The notes below the pieces were generated by a model. The model did not search any database. It saw only the letters and a program-made list of their open reading frames with translations, and was not told the DNA's origin. Positions 25,836 through 39,312 of a stretch of DNA of 64,000 nt are shown here, piece after piece; position 1 is the first letter of the stretch; every line of letters begins with the position of its first letter. The translations under genes and the position numbers were made by a program. The stretch covers positions 60,729,854-60,793,853 of the forward strand of contig NC_068984.1 of NCBI RefSeq assembly GCF_001194135.2, written 5' to 3'. This stretch comes from Octopus bimaculoides (Eukaryota).

Positions 25836-26334
25836 TTAATTGTATGATAAGTTACTGATAAACTATGGGAAGAAATCAAAGATATGTCCTTTTAGAAATG
25901 TAACATTTATATTATATTACTTGTGAGACAATTGACTGTTAAATATATATTACTAGAGAAGTATTATTTTATTTATTTAGTTTACTGGTTATTGCATTGT
26001 TATCAAGCTGGGGATTGATTTAGCATTTCAACCCCAGTATTAAGTTTATTAAGCTTGGTATTTATTTTAACAATGTATATTTGTTGAACTGTTATTGTGC
26101 TGATGCTTTGAATTCTCTGTAGGGTGGTTAGGAAATGTATAGAGAAAGTATTGTGTCAAGAGGACCCTTGAGTTTGCTGTTGCTGAAGACATGATGATTT
26201 GTGTAGTGCCAGTGTCATCATAAAATGTACTCAGTACTTTCCGTAAAACGATTGGTGATAGGGTAGGATGATGGTCACCCCTTTCTCTCTCTTCCCCTCA
26301 TGCTCTCTATATGTATATATGTGTATATATATGA

Positions 26335-26365
<31 letters not shown>

Positions 26366-26489
26366 NNNNNNNNNNNNNNNNNNNNNNNNNNNNNNNNNNN
26401 NNNNNNNNNNNNNNNNNNNNNNNNNNNNNNNNNNNNNNNNNNNNNNNNNNNNNNNNNNNNNNNNNNNNNNNNNNNNNNNNNNNNNNNNA

Positions 26490-26776
26490 TTGCCAGTGGC
26501 CCTGGACTGGCTCTTGTGCGAGTGGCACATAAAATACACCATTTTGAGCGTGGCCGTTGCCAGTACTGCCTGACTGGCCTTCGTATGGGTGACACGTAAA
26601 AACACCCACTACACTCTCTGAGTGGTTGGCGTTAGGAAGGGCATCCAGCTGTAGAAACTCTGCCAAATCAGATTGGAGCCTGGTGTAGCCATCCGGTTTC
26701 ACCAGTCCTCAGTCAAATCGTCCAACTCATGCTAGCATGGAAAGCGGACGTTAAACGATGATGATGATGATGATGA
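26490..26776 (+). mobile_element. SINE family C 3' portion
   Basis: ggcgttaggaagggcatccagctgtagaaactctgcc..gctagcatggaaagcggacgttaaacgatgatgatg. Confidence 0.9.
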
Positions 26777-27589
26777 TTTATTTATATATAATAACATAAA
26801 TAATATATAGATATATGCATATATCCATACATATATGTACATATCTGCATCTATATGTATACATACATGCATATATGGGCACAGGACATCACAAAAAGTA
26901 TTAAACACAATGAGAAACGAAAACATAAAGACGAAGATAGAAAAGGAACTTTTTTTTGAACAACAAAAAAAAAACAGAGAAACGAGACATGCAACATAAA
27001 GAATATTTCCCTTCTTCAGTTGTTCCTGTTCCATTACTCCACGTTTCGAAGGCAAGGACAATACGCGACACACACACCAGACACACACACACATATATAT
27101 ATGGTGATCAAACATGTTTTGTATATTAAAGTGAACAGCATTCAAAGTATAAGATTAATCTATATATTTGTACAATTATTGAAACCAGTCAATTTATCTT
27201 ACTAATAGCTTCAAAGCCACTCAAAGTAGGTGAATACCTAGTAGCAGACTTGGTTGACTCATAAATCTGTTTTGATCAACAAAGCTATTTGCTTTGGATA
27301 CAAAGGAAGTTGTGCTTACTTCTGCTTGTGAAAAGATAAATGGATATTTTTCTTAATATTAGAAAAATAACAATAAAAAAACCCCAATTCTTTTCCCCTT
27401 CAAACGTCAACTAAATCTGATGATAAATGCTCAACTACTTTGAGAGGCTTCAAAACTTAGATTAATAACTTAGATTAACTGATTTCTATAACTGTATGTG
27501 TGTATGTGTGTGTGTCTACACACACACACACACATTTGATAATGTTAACTGAAGAGTTATTATACGTATTCTCTTGGGCTATCATTCAT

Positions 27590-27900
27590 CTGATGAAATT
27601 GACAAGACTATCATTGTCCTGTACAAAAACTCATAAACCTTTGTGCAAAGAACAAACGGTCTAATTAAAAGATTCCTAACAGAAGAGTTCCTCCAAGGAG
27701 ACACCTTAGCTTTTTTTATCTTTGTGATTGTAAGTGGACTACACTCTTTGGCAAAATCTTGCCCCCTATCCAAGACAAAGGCGTCACAGTCAAGCAGAAG
27801 TGATCAAGACTTCAATAGAGCTTTTATCCCTCTGACCTTTTCTATGCTGATGGTCTTGCTCTCTCAGCTCATCAACTGTGTGATGCATAAGACTTCTTAG
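27590..27900 (+). mobile_element. RTE-clade LINE RT fragment
   Basis: 'IVLYKNS*TFVQRTNG..EFLQGDTLAFFIFVIV' resembles the RT QGDTLAP motif. Confidence 0.55.
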
Positions 27901-28637
27901 CATCCCTTAAGATAAAGGATATGGAGAAAAATTACTATGATTGGAAACAGGTGGGAATTGACAATAGCAAGGGTATCTGGCCACAGAATGCCTGCCACAT
28001 TTTCCAACTGATCCATGGAAGCATGAAAAAGCAGACATTAAAATAACAATGGTGAATCTACAGTTATCATAAATACACACAAATAAGCACATACACCCTG
28101 TCTGTGTAGGTGGAAGTAACTTGTCACATTAAGTTTGATAATTTCAGTAAATGAAAACTCACAATATTCAACTTTAAATGTCTATAATTATCCTAGAGCT
28201 AAAATAGAAGTTTTAGTGTTAGGATTAACTAAATATTATGTTATGTATTCTGAAAATACACATATTGCAATAGGAAAATAATAATTCATGCCTTAGTAAG
28301 TTGCTTCCTTTACAAAAACAACATACTCAACCGAACACACCATAAAGTTTAAGATAAATACGATGAACAACAATAATAACAATTCTTTGTTGCTTTTATA
28401 ATTAATAATCACACTCTACTTACAAGATTGTAATTAAATTCCAGCTATTGTCATTAGTTTTGCCACACTTCATACTTTATGAATTAATACTAAATGTGTG
28501 TGTGTATGTGTACGTGTGTGTGTGTGTGTGTGTGTATGTGAGCATTTATATAAATATATGTATATATTTTCACACATACACACTCACACATATATAAATA
28601 TATATATATACACACATTCCCACACATGCATATATAA

Positions 28638-28681
<44 letters not shown>

Positions 28682-29249
28682 GCAAACTCACACATACATA
28701 CATAAGTGTATATATATAAATACACACACACACATGTTACATGATTGACAAATGACGTGGTCTGAGTTTATGTGTTGAAATTGAAGCAATTATATTTTGG
28801 AAGAGACATGATAGCTGTTGCTTTTGTTTTAACTCTTGGTAGCATTGTTTGTATGTATGCATGTGTGTGTATACATATATAGTTATGTACATATGTATGT
28901 ATATCATTATCATCATTTAACATCTGTATTCCAGGCTGACATGCATTGGTTGGTTCAACAGTATTTACAAGCCAGAAAACTGTGTTGAACTCCAATGTCT
29001 GCTTTGGCATGGTTTAGATGGTCAGATACACTTTATAATTCCAGCCACTTTACAGAGTTTACTATGAGTGTTTTTACATGGCACCAGCACTGGTGAGGTT
29101 ACCAAGTATCTTGCAAGACAAGACCCTTTGACTGAGTGGGGGTGCAGTATTGAGGGAGGTGGCTTTGTGCAAGGTGTAGGAGTGGCTAAAGTATGACAGA
29201 GAAACAGGAACTTACTATAGAAGCGATACATGACTACCTCAGCAGAAAA

Positions 29250-30200
29250 GAGAGAAAGGAGGGAGATGGGGTATCAAGACTTACCCACAAGGTGTAAGAA
29301 AGTGGACAAAGAGGGAATAGAGATAGAGGATTGAAGATGGTTGCATGGAGTAGATGCTTAAAAGTGTGAAAAAAGGTTGGCAGATTGTTTGTAAATGGTT
29401 AACATAGGTGGGGGTATGGACAATGGTGAATCACAGTTTGGAGGGGAAAGTAAAAAACAAAAAAACGGAATGGGTCAGAGAAAATGAGGTGATAGGTGGC
29501 AGTAAATAAAAGCAGGAAGGTGAAGTGCATCAGTATAATAAAATCATAGCTAGGTCAGAAATAGGGAGATAACGTGATGTATAGGAAAAGAGATGATGTA
29601 CAGCAACAGAGACAGGGGTCAGAGGCACATAGGGGTGGATATTGTGAGCGGCAAAAGGGAGGGTGCATTGATGGCAGAATATTAGATGAGTGACAAGAGA
29701 AGTAGTTCCATGGATAGAGTTAAGTGGTAGCACAAAAAGAGGAATGAAATATATGCAGTTCTGCTCTTATACAATTACTGCTAGTGAGGCAACAGCACTG
29801 CTGTTTGAAGTGTAAAGGAAAAGTGAAATGTGGGGAAGGCTTGGCAGGTACAGATTGGGTGTGAGGGCATAGATATTGACAATATGCTTTTATGATCTTA
29901 TTTTTTGCAGATAGATGATTCTTCTCAAGCATATCAGCTTGCCAATCAGCTCAATTCTTTGTCATCTTCTCCATGAGGTTCAGCAATCCAAGATCAATCT
30001 TCAACCCACTTTAGTTTGTTGCTGGTAATCTCTAGACATGTCACAAAATTAAGCTGATTCTGATCAGGTCTTAGGAATGAATATTTGGCTGTGAAGTATA
30101 TTTGAGATTTGATGTCTCTGTATACAATTAGACATGTGACTAGAGATACCAAGGTTGTCTTAGTAACATTATGAGTCTCTGGAAAAATCATTGCACTGGG
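29250..30200 (-). mobile_element. Probable decayed APE-type LINE fragment
   Basis: Weak matches ('SIYAL' to the SxYAP motif; 'NFVTCLEITSNK') among many stops. Confidence 0.3.
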
Positions 30201-30990
30201 ACCTTATGGTATTATTTATTTACTGACAGCAAGCTACAGCATACATAGATCAAAATTGAGTCCCTAAACACGTGAGAGCCCTGAGCAAATTAATGCTGTG
30301 GGTTCTATAGTATTTATTTATTTACAGCAAGCCATGGGATCAGAATTGGGTCCTAGACCTCTGAAGCCACCTTGGGAACTGCTTTGTGTGTTCATGCTTT
30401 AGGGTATCACTGAGTGATATGTGATATGATATTTAGTTACTTATAACATTAAAATAATGTGTCTTGAAATGCTTTTATTTTTAAAAGGCATGTCACCAAG
30501 GAAAAAGTTTGGTGAGCTCTGATCTAGGAAATCTTATTAAGTCTGGAGGTGAATGTCGTCAAATATAGTGACTAGACAAGGGAGGAAGTTGAAGCAACTG
30601 TTAACTCTGTTCAAAACAAAGGATTTATCTTGTACAGAGTAAAAGACAAACTGGATGAAGAAATCTTTTTATATTGTTACTTAGCCTTAGGCCAGCAATG
30701 ATCAACCAGATCAGATGTGTTCCAGCCACAATCAGATTGTATTTATTTAGACAATGTCTCTAGAACTACATTATCTAATGAGTCCAAGAGTAGAGTATGA
30801 TTCAAGTGGGGAGGGAAATTCAGCTGCTAATTCTAACAGCTCAGTGGTTATACAGAGGTTCAAGTTGCTGTCTGATGTGTAAGATATGATACTACACGAC
30901 AGTGAGACATGAAGCATGGAGACTGAATATCAAAGCTCTGCAGACGATGAAAAAGATGAAGAGATTGATAGATAGATAGACTGATAGATT

Positions 30991-31039
<49 letters not shown>

Positions 31040-33049
31040 GCAGAGAGACCGACATAAATAAATTGATAAATAAATCAGATTTCAACTTAACTTCACAAAC
31101 GAGATGACAAAGAAAGAAATGAATGATTTATGTTCTACAGGAGAACCATCCAACTCTTGGAGTAATGGATGTTAAAAACCATGCAGTTAAAAGGTGTACA
31201 CACACACACCACCACCACCACCACCACCACCACCACACACATGCATATATATGTACAACATACATACACAAGCCTATATGCTTATATATTCAGATGCACA
31301 TATGCTCATATAAATAATACATGTAAATGTTTAAGAGAGAGAAAATTCCTTTTGTCAACGATAAAGTTTTATTCTGTTAATATATTCTATTATATTCCTT
31401 TCTTCTTTCTGACAATAAAATTTTCCAACAAATATCCTCGTTAGAAAGCCTTCCATACTTCCTGATTATCATTCCACAAGACTTATTTTACACAGCGCAA
31501 CTACAACAGCAACAAAAGTAAAAATACTTAAATAGTAGGTTACATAGAAACAGGAATTTTGAGAAAAAGAAAAACAAACAAAATATGTCATTTTTGTTGA
31601 ATCACATTGTGTATAATGTTTTTTATATGTGCATATATGCATACATATAGCTATATATATAGAACTATATATACACATTTATATATATATATATATAATT
31701 ATATATATATACATGTATGTATATATGTATGCATATATATATATTCTTTGTTTATATTTATCTTGTTAATTGTTTAAAAAAATCTTTTAAATTACATTAA
31801 ATATATATGTGTTTGTATGCACTTGTATGTGTGTTTTTATAAGTATCTGTATATATATATATATATATGTACATACCTGTATATACACAACATACATGTA
31901 CATATATACATATATATAATTATATGTATATATGTATGCATATTTATATATATATATGTGTGTATATATGTATATGTATATATAAATATATATGCATATA
32001 AATATATTTCCTGTTTATGTTTGTCTTATTTGTTAGATTTTCTTTTCAAAATTTACATTTAATTTACACATTTAAAAAAAAATTTAAATTACATTAAATG
32101 AGCAATTAACTGTTTGTCAATTTGCTTTTCTTATTTTCTCTCTCTCTATTTTACATTTAAATATGATTTCATTCAGAAAAGCTAATAATTGTAACTTTAC
32201 ATGCTGCTAGTGTTTCATCACACTAGTGCAACGTTTAATTTCAATCTTATGTTTCATTGAAAGCTGTGTTATTTATAATTTGTTTTTATTCCTTCATTTC
32301 ATCACCTATATTTTTGATTTTATTATCATAATTTTATATTCTTAAGTGCAAGCATGGTTTTGTGATATGAAGTTTGCTTCCCAACCACACAGTCTCAGTT
32401 TCTGTTTCAGTGTGTGTCTCAGGTTTTTGGCCAAGTGTTTTCTACTATAGCTCCAGGCTGACCAAAGACTTATGAGTGGACCTGGTAGATGGAAATTGAA
32501 GGAAGCCTGTCATATATTATGTATATCTGTGTTACTGTCACTTTGCTTTGACATTATTTGATAGTTGTAAATGAATATCACCTGCATAGAAGTAGTGTAT
32601 TTAATTTCCAATCTTCCATGAAAACATGTCTGGTCATGGAGAAATTTTATCTTGCTTGGAAACAGTTGAGGGTTGGTGATAGGAAGGGCATCAGGCTGTA
32701 GAGAATCTGCCTTGATAAATTCCATCTGATCCATGCAATCAAGGAAAAGTGGACATTAGACAATAATGATGATGATGAGATGCAGGATGTTGAATTGAGG
32801 AGCAGGTAGAGCATCAGAGAAAACTCCTTGTGATGTTATTTATGTGATGATATTTATGTGACGATATTTGCAATAGTTCTGGACCTATGTGTTCAGTTCT
32901 CACTAACATAAAATTTACCTGTCTTTAAGAATAAATAAAATCAAGTACCAGTGAAGTACTTGAGTCAATATAATCAATAGTATCATTTCTACAAAACTTT
33001 GTGGCCTTGAACCAATATGAGAAATTCTTGTTATTATCATTATTATGGA

Positions 33050-33485
33050 AAAGGCAGCAAGCTGGCAGAATTGTTAACAAACTGGGCAAAATGCTTAGAG
33101 GTATTTAGTCCATCTTTACATCCTGAGTTCAAATTCTGCAGAGGTTGACTTTGCCTTTCATTTTTCTGGGTTGATAAAAAAAGTACCAGTTCAGTACTGG
33201 GGTCAACATATTTGACTCATACCCTCTGCTGAAATTGCTGGCCTTGTGCCAAAATTTGAAACCATTATTGTTATTATGAAGGTGGCTGCCTGGTAGACTT
33301 GTTAACTTACTGAAGCAAATCCTGCTAAGCACTTCTTCCAGTTCTTTACATTCTGAGTTCAAGTGCTGCCTTTTATCCTTTTGAGGTTAATAAAATAAGT
33401 ACCAGTTGCACACAGGGATCAATATAATCAACCAGTTCCCCCACCACAAATTTCAAGCCTTGTGCCTATAATAGAAATGATTATC
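33050..33485 (+). mobile_element. Two tandem SINE B copies joined by ATT repeats
   Basis: First copy ends gccaaaatttgaaaccattattgttattat; the second begins immediately after. Confidence 0.8.
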
Positions 33486-33559
33486 ATTATTATTTTGCTA
33501 GTGCATGCTAATTTAGCTAGCTGGTAATTTATCATGAGGTTTGATGACAATCTCTGCAA

Positions 33560-34240
33560 AACTCAAGAATCTTTCTTAGGATTCTTGCAGAATATAGAAT
33601 GGTACTTTTCTACAGGTCAATGACACAAATTTTAATTCTTATTTCTTTCAATATTTTAGGTAGCATTTTAAGTGTTGTGCCAAGTGCACCAATCACTACA
33701 GGAATAGTTGTTGTCTTGGTCTTCAGTACTCTGGATTAATACTGATATTTCTCAATTTCTTCAGGGTTTTTTTTTTGTATTGACTCTGCTATCATAGGGA
33801 ATTGCAAAATCTATGACCTTACACTGTTTACTTTGTCTTCTATAATCATATCTGGCCTTCTTGCCAGAATAGTATGGTCAGTCTTTATGGGGAAGTCCCA
33901 CAAGATCTAGTAATTGTAATTTTCTATCACAGCTTCTGGTTTCTTCCAGTCTTTTAGGTAGCATTGTGAGGAATTTCTTTCAGTCTTTTAGGTAGCATTT
34001 TGAGTGTTGTGCCAAGGAATAATTGTTATCTTGGTCTTCAAGAGTCTCCTTAGTATTCTGGTTTGATCCTGATATTTCTCAATTTTTAAAGTTTTTTTTA
34101 ATCTACCTGCTGTCATAGGGAATTGCAAGATCTATAACCTTACACTGTTTATTTTATAATTATACCTAGTTTTCTTGCTTGAATAGTGTGGCCAGTTTTT
34201 ATGGCAAAGTCCCACAAAATCTTGTAATTATCATTTTCCT
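33560..34240 (-). mobile_element. Decayed RLE-LINE endonuclease fragments (two overlapping tandem pieces)
   Basis: Minus strand 'ILWDFPIKTDHTILARRPDMIIEDK..IDFAIPYD'. The segment recurs at about 33650-33930 and 33990-34240. Confidence 0.65.
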
Positions 34241-36359
34241 ATCACAGCCTTTGGTTTGTGTTGTCACCAGTTTTCTGTTGTCCTGTAGCCACACATACAC
34301 ACACTCAGCTAATGGCTAATATTTCAATGCACTCTTTTACCTACACAATCATGTTTGCACTTATACTCCTTTTATGCTTGTATACTGCACTTACTCAAAA
34401 TGTGCTCTTTACTTATTATTATCATTACTGTTGTTGTTGTTGCTGATTACTTATTTCTTCTGCCTTTTTTTCTCTTTATTTCTCTTCATATATAGGTTTT
34501 AGACCTGATAGATGACAGAATACTGGCAGGGTGCAAAGAACAATCACGTGAATTCAAACAAAAGGCATTGGAAGCCTTAGATATATTTGAAGCATCTGAG
34601 GCAAAATCTGCTTTGAAGAACATTTTGCTGGCAGTCTCAAAATTTTGATCCCAAATAATCATTAAGAAGAAAGAAAAAAATAAAATAATGATAATAATAA
34701 TAAGGAAAAAAGGAAAAAATATGATTAAAAAAATGAAGTAAATAGTATAATTTAATAAAAATAAAATTAAAGAAATAAATATATTGATGTATTATTTTTA
34801 TTTTCACACTGAAATAAATTACTTCAAGATGAAAAAAGATGGTCACAGAAAAGAAATGGTAAAAAAAAACCCATTCTTTTTTTTTTTTTGCACTTAGAAT
34901 TTTTTTATTATTTTTTTTATTATTTGTTTAGTTCTCATCAAATTCATTGATTTTAGTTTATATAGATTTTATTAAATCCCCAAGATGCTAGTTCTTTATA
35001 TATATATATATTTTTTTATACTGTAAAAACTTTATCTTAACCAAACATTTGGTGATAACCATAAATCGTAGTTGTAAAAGAGGATAATTCAATATAAGTT
35101 GCATGGTTTCGCAGTCGAAGACAGTGGTGGAGGTGGTGGTGGTGGGGAGAAAATATTCTTCAAAGTTATTGTAATCATCCCCTTTATCATTGTTGCCATC
35201 ATCATTGTCTTCCTCCTTTTCATCATCATCATCATCGTCATCATCATCAGCTTGTCATTGTTATTGTCATTGTAAACATCAGTATCAGCATTATTCCCCA
35301 CCCTCATCACTTTCATTACCAATTGTTGTACTTTGCAGCATCTTCATATTCCACTTCCATTGCTGCTTCTGTTGCTGCAACTAATGCTGCCACTTCTACT
35401 GCTACTAATGCTCCCTCCTGCTGCCACCACCAGCACCACCACCACAAGCAACATCACCACCACCACCACTACCACAACCATTACCCAATTGTGGCACTCA
35501 ATTTTATGTTCATCATTCAAATGTTAATTGTTATGATGGTCATGACATTGAAAAAGGAAAAAGCACCAGTACTGATGAAGTACTGCTGCCAATTTAGATT
35601 TAATTGGTTACAAATCAAGAATCTCTAAGGTAATCTGACATTCTCATTAACTTCATTCTGGCAGCTTCTGCAATGACACTGGTGCCAAGCTGTATTGCCT
35701 CTTGCCCTTCCTGTAAGTGCTGTCATTACTGTGGAGAGGGGAAACTTGAAGGTATAAATTTTGCCAATGCCCTTCTATCATCAATTACTTTATAGAGTGT
35801 TCTTCTGCTCAAACCTTTTGCTCCCTAGGGAGCATAGGCCATTGATGATTTCCCTTCTCTGTTCTCGACTCTGGCCTGTCTTTTTTATTTCTCCCAAGTT
35901 TTGTTGGTTTTAAATTGTCATCGATGGGTCTGTAACTTTTCTGTTTTTAAGGTGGAGATTTTGGCCAAATGCAAACCTATTTTTTACCTCTAGGAAGAGG
36001 TAAAAAATGCCTCAGGGTTTGAGCAGAATATTTGTTACAATGATATTTCTGCTTCAGCAGCTCAGGGCTGAATCTGTCTGAAATGTTATAGAAATTAGGT
36101 CAGTTTGAAAACATTGATTCTCAGGTCACAAAAGTTAAAATAAGTTCTGAGGTGAATTTGATGTGATCAATTAGATTTTTCAAAGTAGTGCTCAAGCATA
36201 GCTGCTGGCTGGTGGCTGAAACAAATAGAAGAGTAAGTAGATAATTTAAGAACTATTATTATCTAGCAAATAATTCTGGTATAAAAAGTGCATGTTTGAC
36301 AACTCCAAAAGTTTACTTAATATAAATTAGAGTTTTTAAAAATTAATATGGAATTATAA

Positions 36360-36840
36360 CAGTGCATAACATGATTTTTGTTGTTGGATAGCAACTGTTA
36401 GTTCTTATTTGCTTACCCCTTGAAAGTATGAAAAATAGCTAATATTTCCATCAAACTTTGCTTTTCTTACATTTATTCAAACCCCAAAGAATCCCTCTAT
36501 GATGCTACCCCACTACTCCTGCACTTGATCAGAGATGCACATATTGTCAGTCACTAAGGGGCATACTCATGTGGTTAAGGTCAAGCAACTGACAAGCAAA
36601 TCTGTGGTATTGAGCAGAATATTTGCTACAATGATATTTCTGCTTCAGCAACTCAGCGCTGAATCTGTCTGAAATGTAATAGAAATTAGGTCAGTTTGGA
36701 AACATTGATTTCCAGGTTACAAAAGCAAAGTTTGAAGGGGATAGTAGTCATTTCTTTTGATTTCTACATAGAAGTAAATAGGAAATAACACTTACAGACC
36801 AAACACACACACAAAAAAATATTAATTTTGTTACACAGTG
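36360..36840 (+). mobile_element. Same MITE family; partial copies at 36020-36140 and 48825-49040
   Basis: All share gagcagaatatttg..gatatttctgcttca..gctgaatc and end in ttacac(a/t)gtg. Confidence 0.7.
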
Positions 36841-37363
36841 TAATTCATCAAACAACATATTTTGGCTTACTATATCAAATATGATAACTTCTATTTTATT
36901 TTTATGCTTTCATACATCAGACAAATTCTGGCTAATGTTCTGTAGTCATTCTTATAAAGTTATTACATACACAAACTCACACAAAAGAAACTCTGTATCC
37001 TTCTTGTATATTTAAGATTTAGCAGTCACTGTTGTCTTATACATTACTGACAAGGTCTTATAAGGCTGAAACATGTCTCAAGTTCTTAGCATACTACAAG
37101 ATATTTTACTCATTCCCTATTGTATTTGGTATTTATATTTGGTTAACAATAATCCTGCTAGTCTTGCAACAGAAAGACTGCACGAGAAGATGATAGCAGT
37201 TGTATGGTCTTGCTGTTAATGGACACGTTGCTGGAAAATGAATTGCTGAAAAAAAAAATAATAAATAAACAAATAAAAAGTGTTATCTACATAGGTTTTG
37301 AACTGAAAAGTGTGAAAACTGTTTAGCTATTTCTTTTCCCCATAAACCATCTCTATCACCATG

Positions 37364-37433
<70 letters not shown>

Positions 37434-37959
37434 AAAGTCTTTCTTTTCAATGAAGGTAAGTAGATTCTCTGAGGATAGAAGTCACTGATTGAGTTGCTTA
37501 TTCAATCAACTACTGAATTACAGTTATGTTTCAAGCACAACTTATTTGTGGTAAATACTTCCCAACTGTCAGAAGAAGTACAATAACAACAGCAATAACA
37601 ATAATAGTGGTTGCTGCTGCTGCTGATGATAATGGTTACTAATTTAGGCTCAAAGCCTGTAGTTGTGAGGGAAAGAGTTTGGTTGATAAACCAATACTTG
37701 ACCAGGCTATTTTATTTTACTGATTCTCAGAAGGGTAACAGCAATGTTGATCTTGGTGGGATATGAATCTCAATGGCACTATTGAGCCCCCCCAAAAGGA
37801 TGAAGGACAAAGTTAACCATGTTGGAATTTGAACTTAGGACATAAAGATGGATGAAATGTTGATAAGCATTTTGTCTGATGTACTAACAATTCTGCCAGT
37901 TTGCCATTTTAGTATTATCATTACATAAATAATAATAATAATAATGATAATAATAATAA

Positions 37960-39266
37960 TAACTACAAATGATAAACAGCTGGAAACATTACTACAGACA
38001 GTACATGGATTTACCAAAGAAATAAATATGAAGTTTGGATTAGAAAAATGTGCCAAAGCAACTCTGAAAGGAGGAAAACTAGATAAGAGTAGCAACATCA
38101 CACTAGATAAAGCAAATGAAATAAGAGAATTAGACCAAATATTTAGGAATCAATGAACTAGATATGATACAACACACAAATGAAAGAGAAAATAGAAAAA
38201 GAATACTATAGATGAGTTAGATCAATACTAAAAACAGAGCTCAATGCTGAAAATAAGATAATAGGTATTAACACTTTAGCCGTCCCAGTTATAAGTTACA
38301 GCTACAATATCCTTAACTGGACACTAAACGAACTAATGAAAATAGACAGGAAAACAAGAAAAATAATGACAGGATCTAGGATGCACCACCCAAAATCTGA
38401 CATAGAAAGGTTATATATACAACGTACAGAAGGTGGGAGAGGCCTTATACAACTGGAAAACTATTATAAAATAACCACCATAGGACTGCAAAAATACCTA
38501 CTTCAGATGCAAGGAAAACTAATACAAATAGCCACAAAACACGAGCAAAAAAAAACAAACTGTTTTCAGTATTTAAGGAAGCTGACAAATACAAACAAGA
38601 AATCATACTACCTAATAAATATGAAGAAGAGGAAGTAGAAACAACAACAGCTATAAAACAAATAAAATCTCCAAGCTAAAACTAGAACAACAACGGACCA
38701 TGATAAAACAATGGCAAGAAAAGCCTCTTCATGGCAAATACTGGGCTAAACTAAATGCAAAAGAAATAGACAGAGAAAAACCCCAGATGGTTGAGAAGCT
38801 CAAGACTCAAAGCAGAGACTGAAGGATTTTTAATTGCAGCACAAGACCAAAGCCTCCCCACCAGAAATTACCAAAAACATATAATGAAAAGAAACATAAA
38901 AAGTAACTGCAGAATATGTGGCGATGGATAAGAAACAATAAATGATATTATCTCTGGCTGCCCAGTCCTGGCTAAGAAGGAATATATTCACAGACACAAC
39001 AGAACTGGGACCTACATACACTGGAAGCTATGCTAACACTATTGAATAACAACAGAAAAAAGATGGTATAGGCACATGCCAGAAAAGGTCGAGAAAACGA
39101 GAAGGCAACCATACTCTGGGATATACCAATACACACAGATAGAGAAATTAAGGCCAATAGGCCANNNNNNNNNNGAGCATCACAGCAAACCACAGCACAT
39201 ACCCAAGGCACACAGAGCTGCGCTCAGTAGTGAATTGAAAACACGTTATAAAAATAAAACTACTGA
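37960..39266 (+). mobile_element. 5'-truncated RLE-type non-LTR retrotransposon (R4/Dong-like), copy 1, interrupted by a 10-N gap
   Basis: Translates with stops and frameshifts to post-YxDD RT ('KQLETLLQTVHGFTKEINMKFGLEKCAK'), 'GINTLAVPVISYSY..KIDRKTRK..HHPKSDIERLYI..GGRGLIQLE' and a CCHC knuckle 'CRICGDG*ETINDIISGCPVLAKKEYIHRHN'. The 3' end runs into (AAT)n. Confidence 0.9.
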
Positions 39267-39312
39267 ATAATAATAATAATAATAGTAATAATAATAATAA
39301 TAATGATAATAA

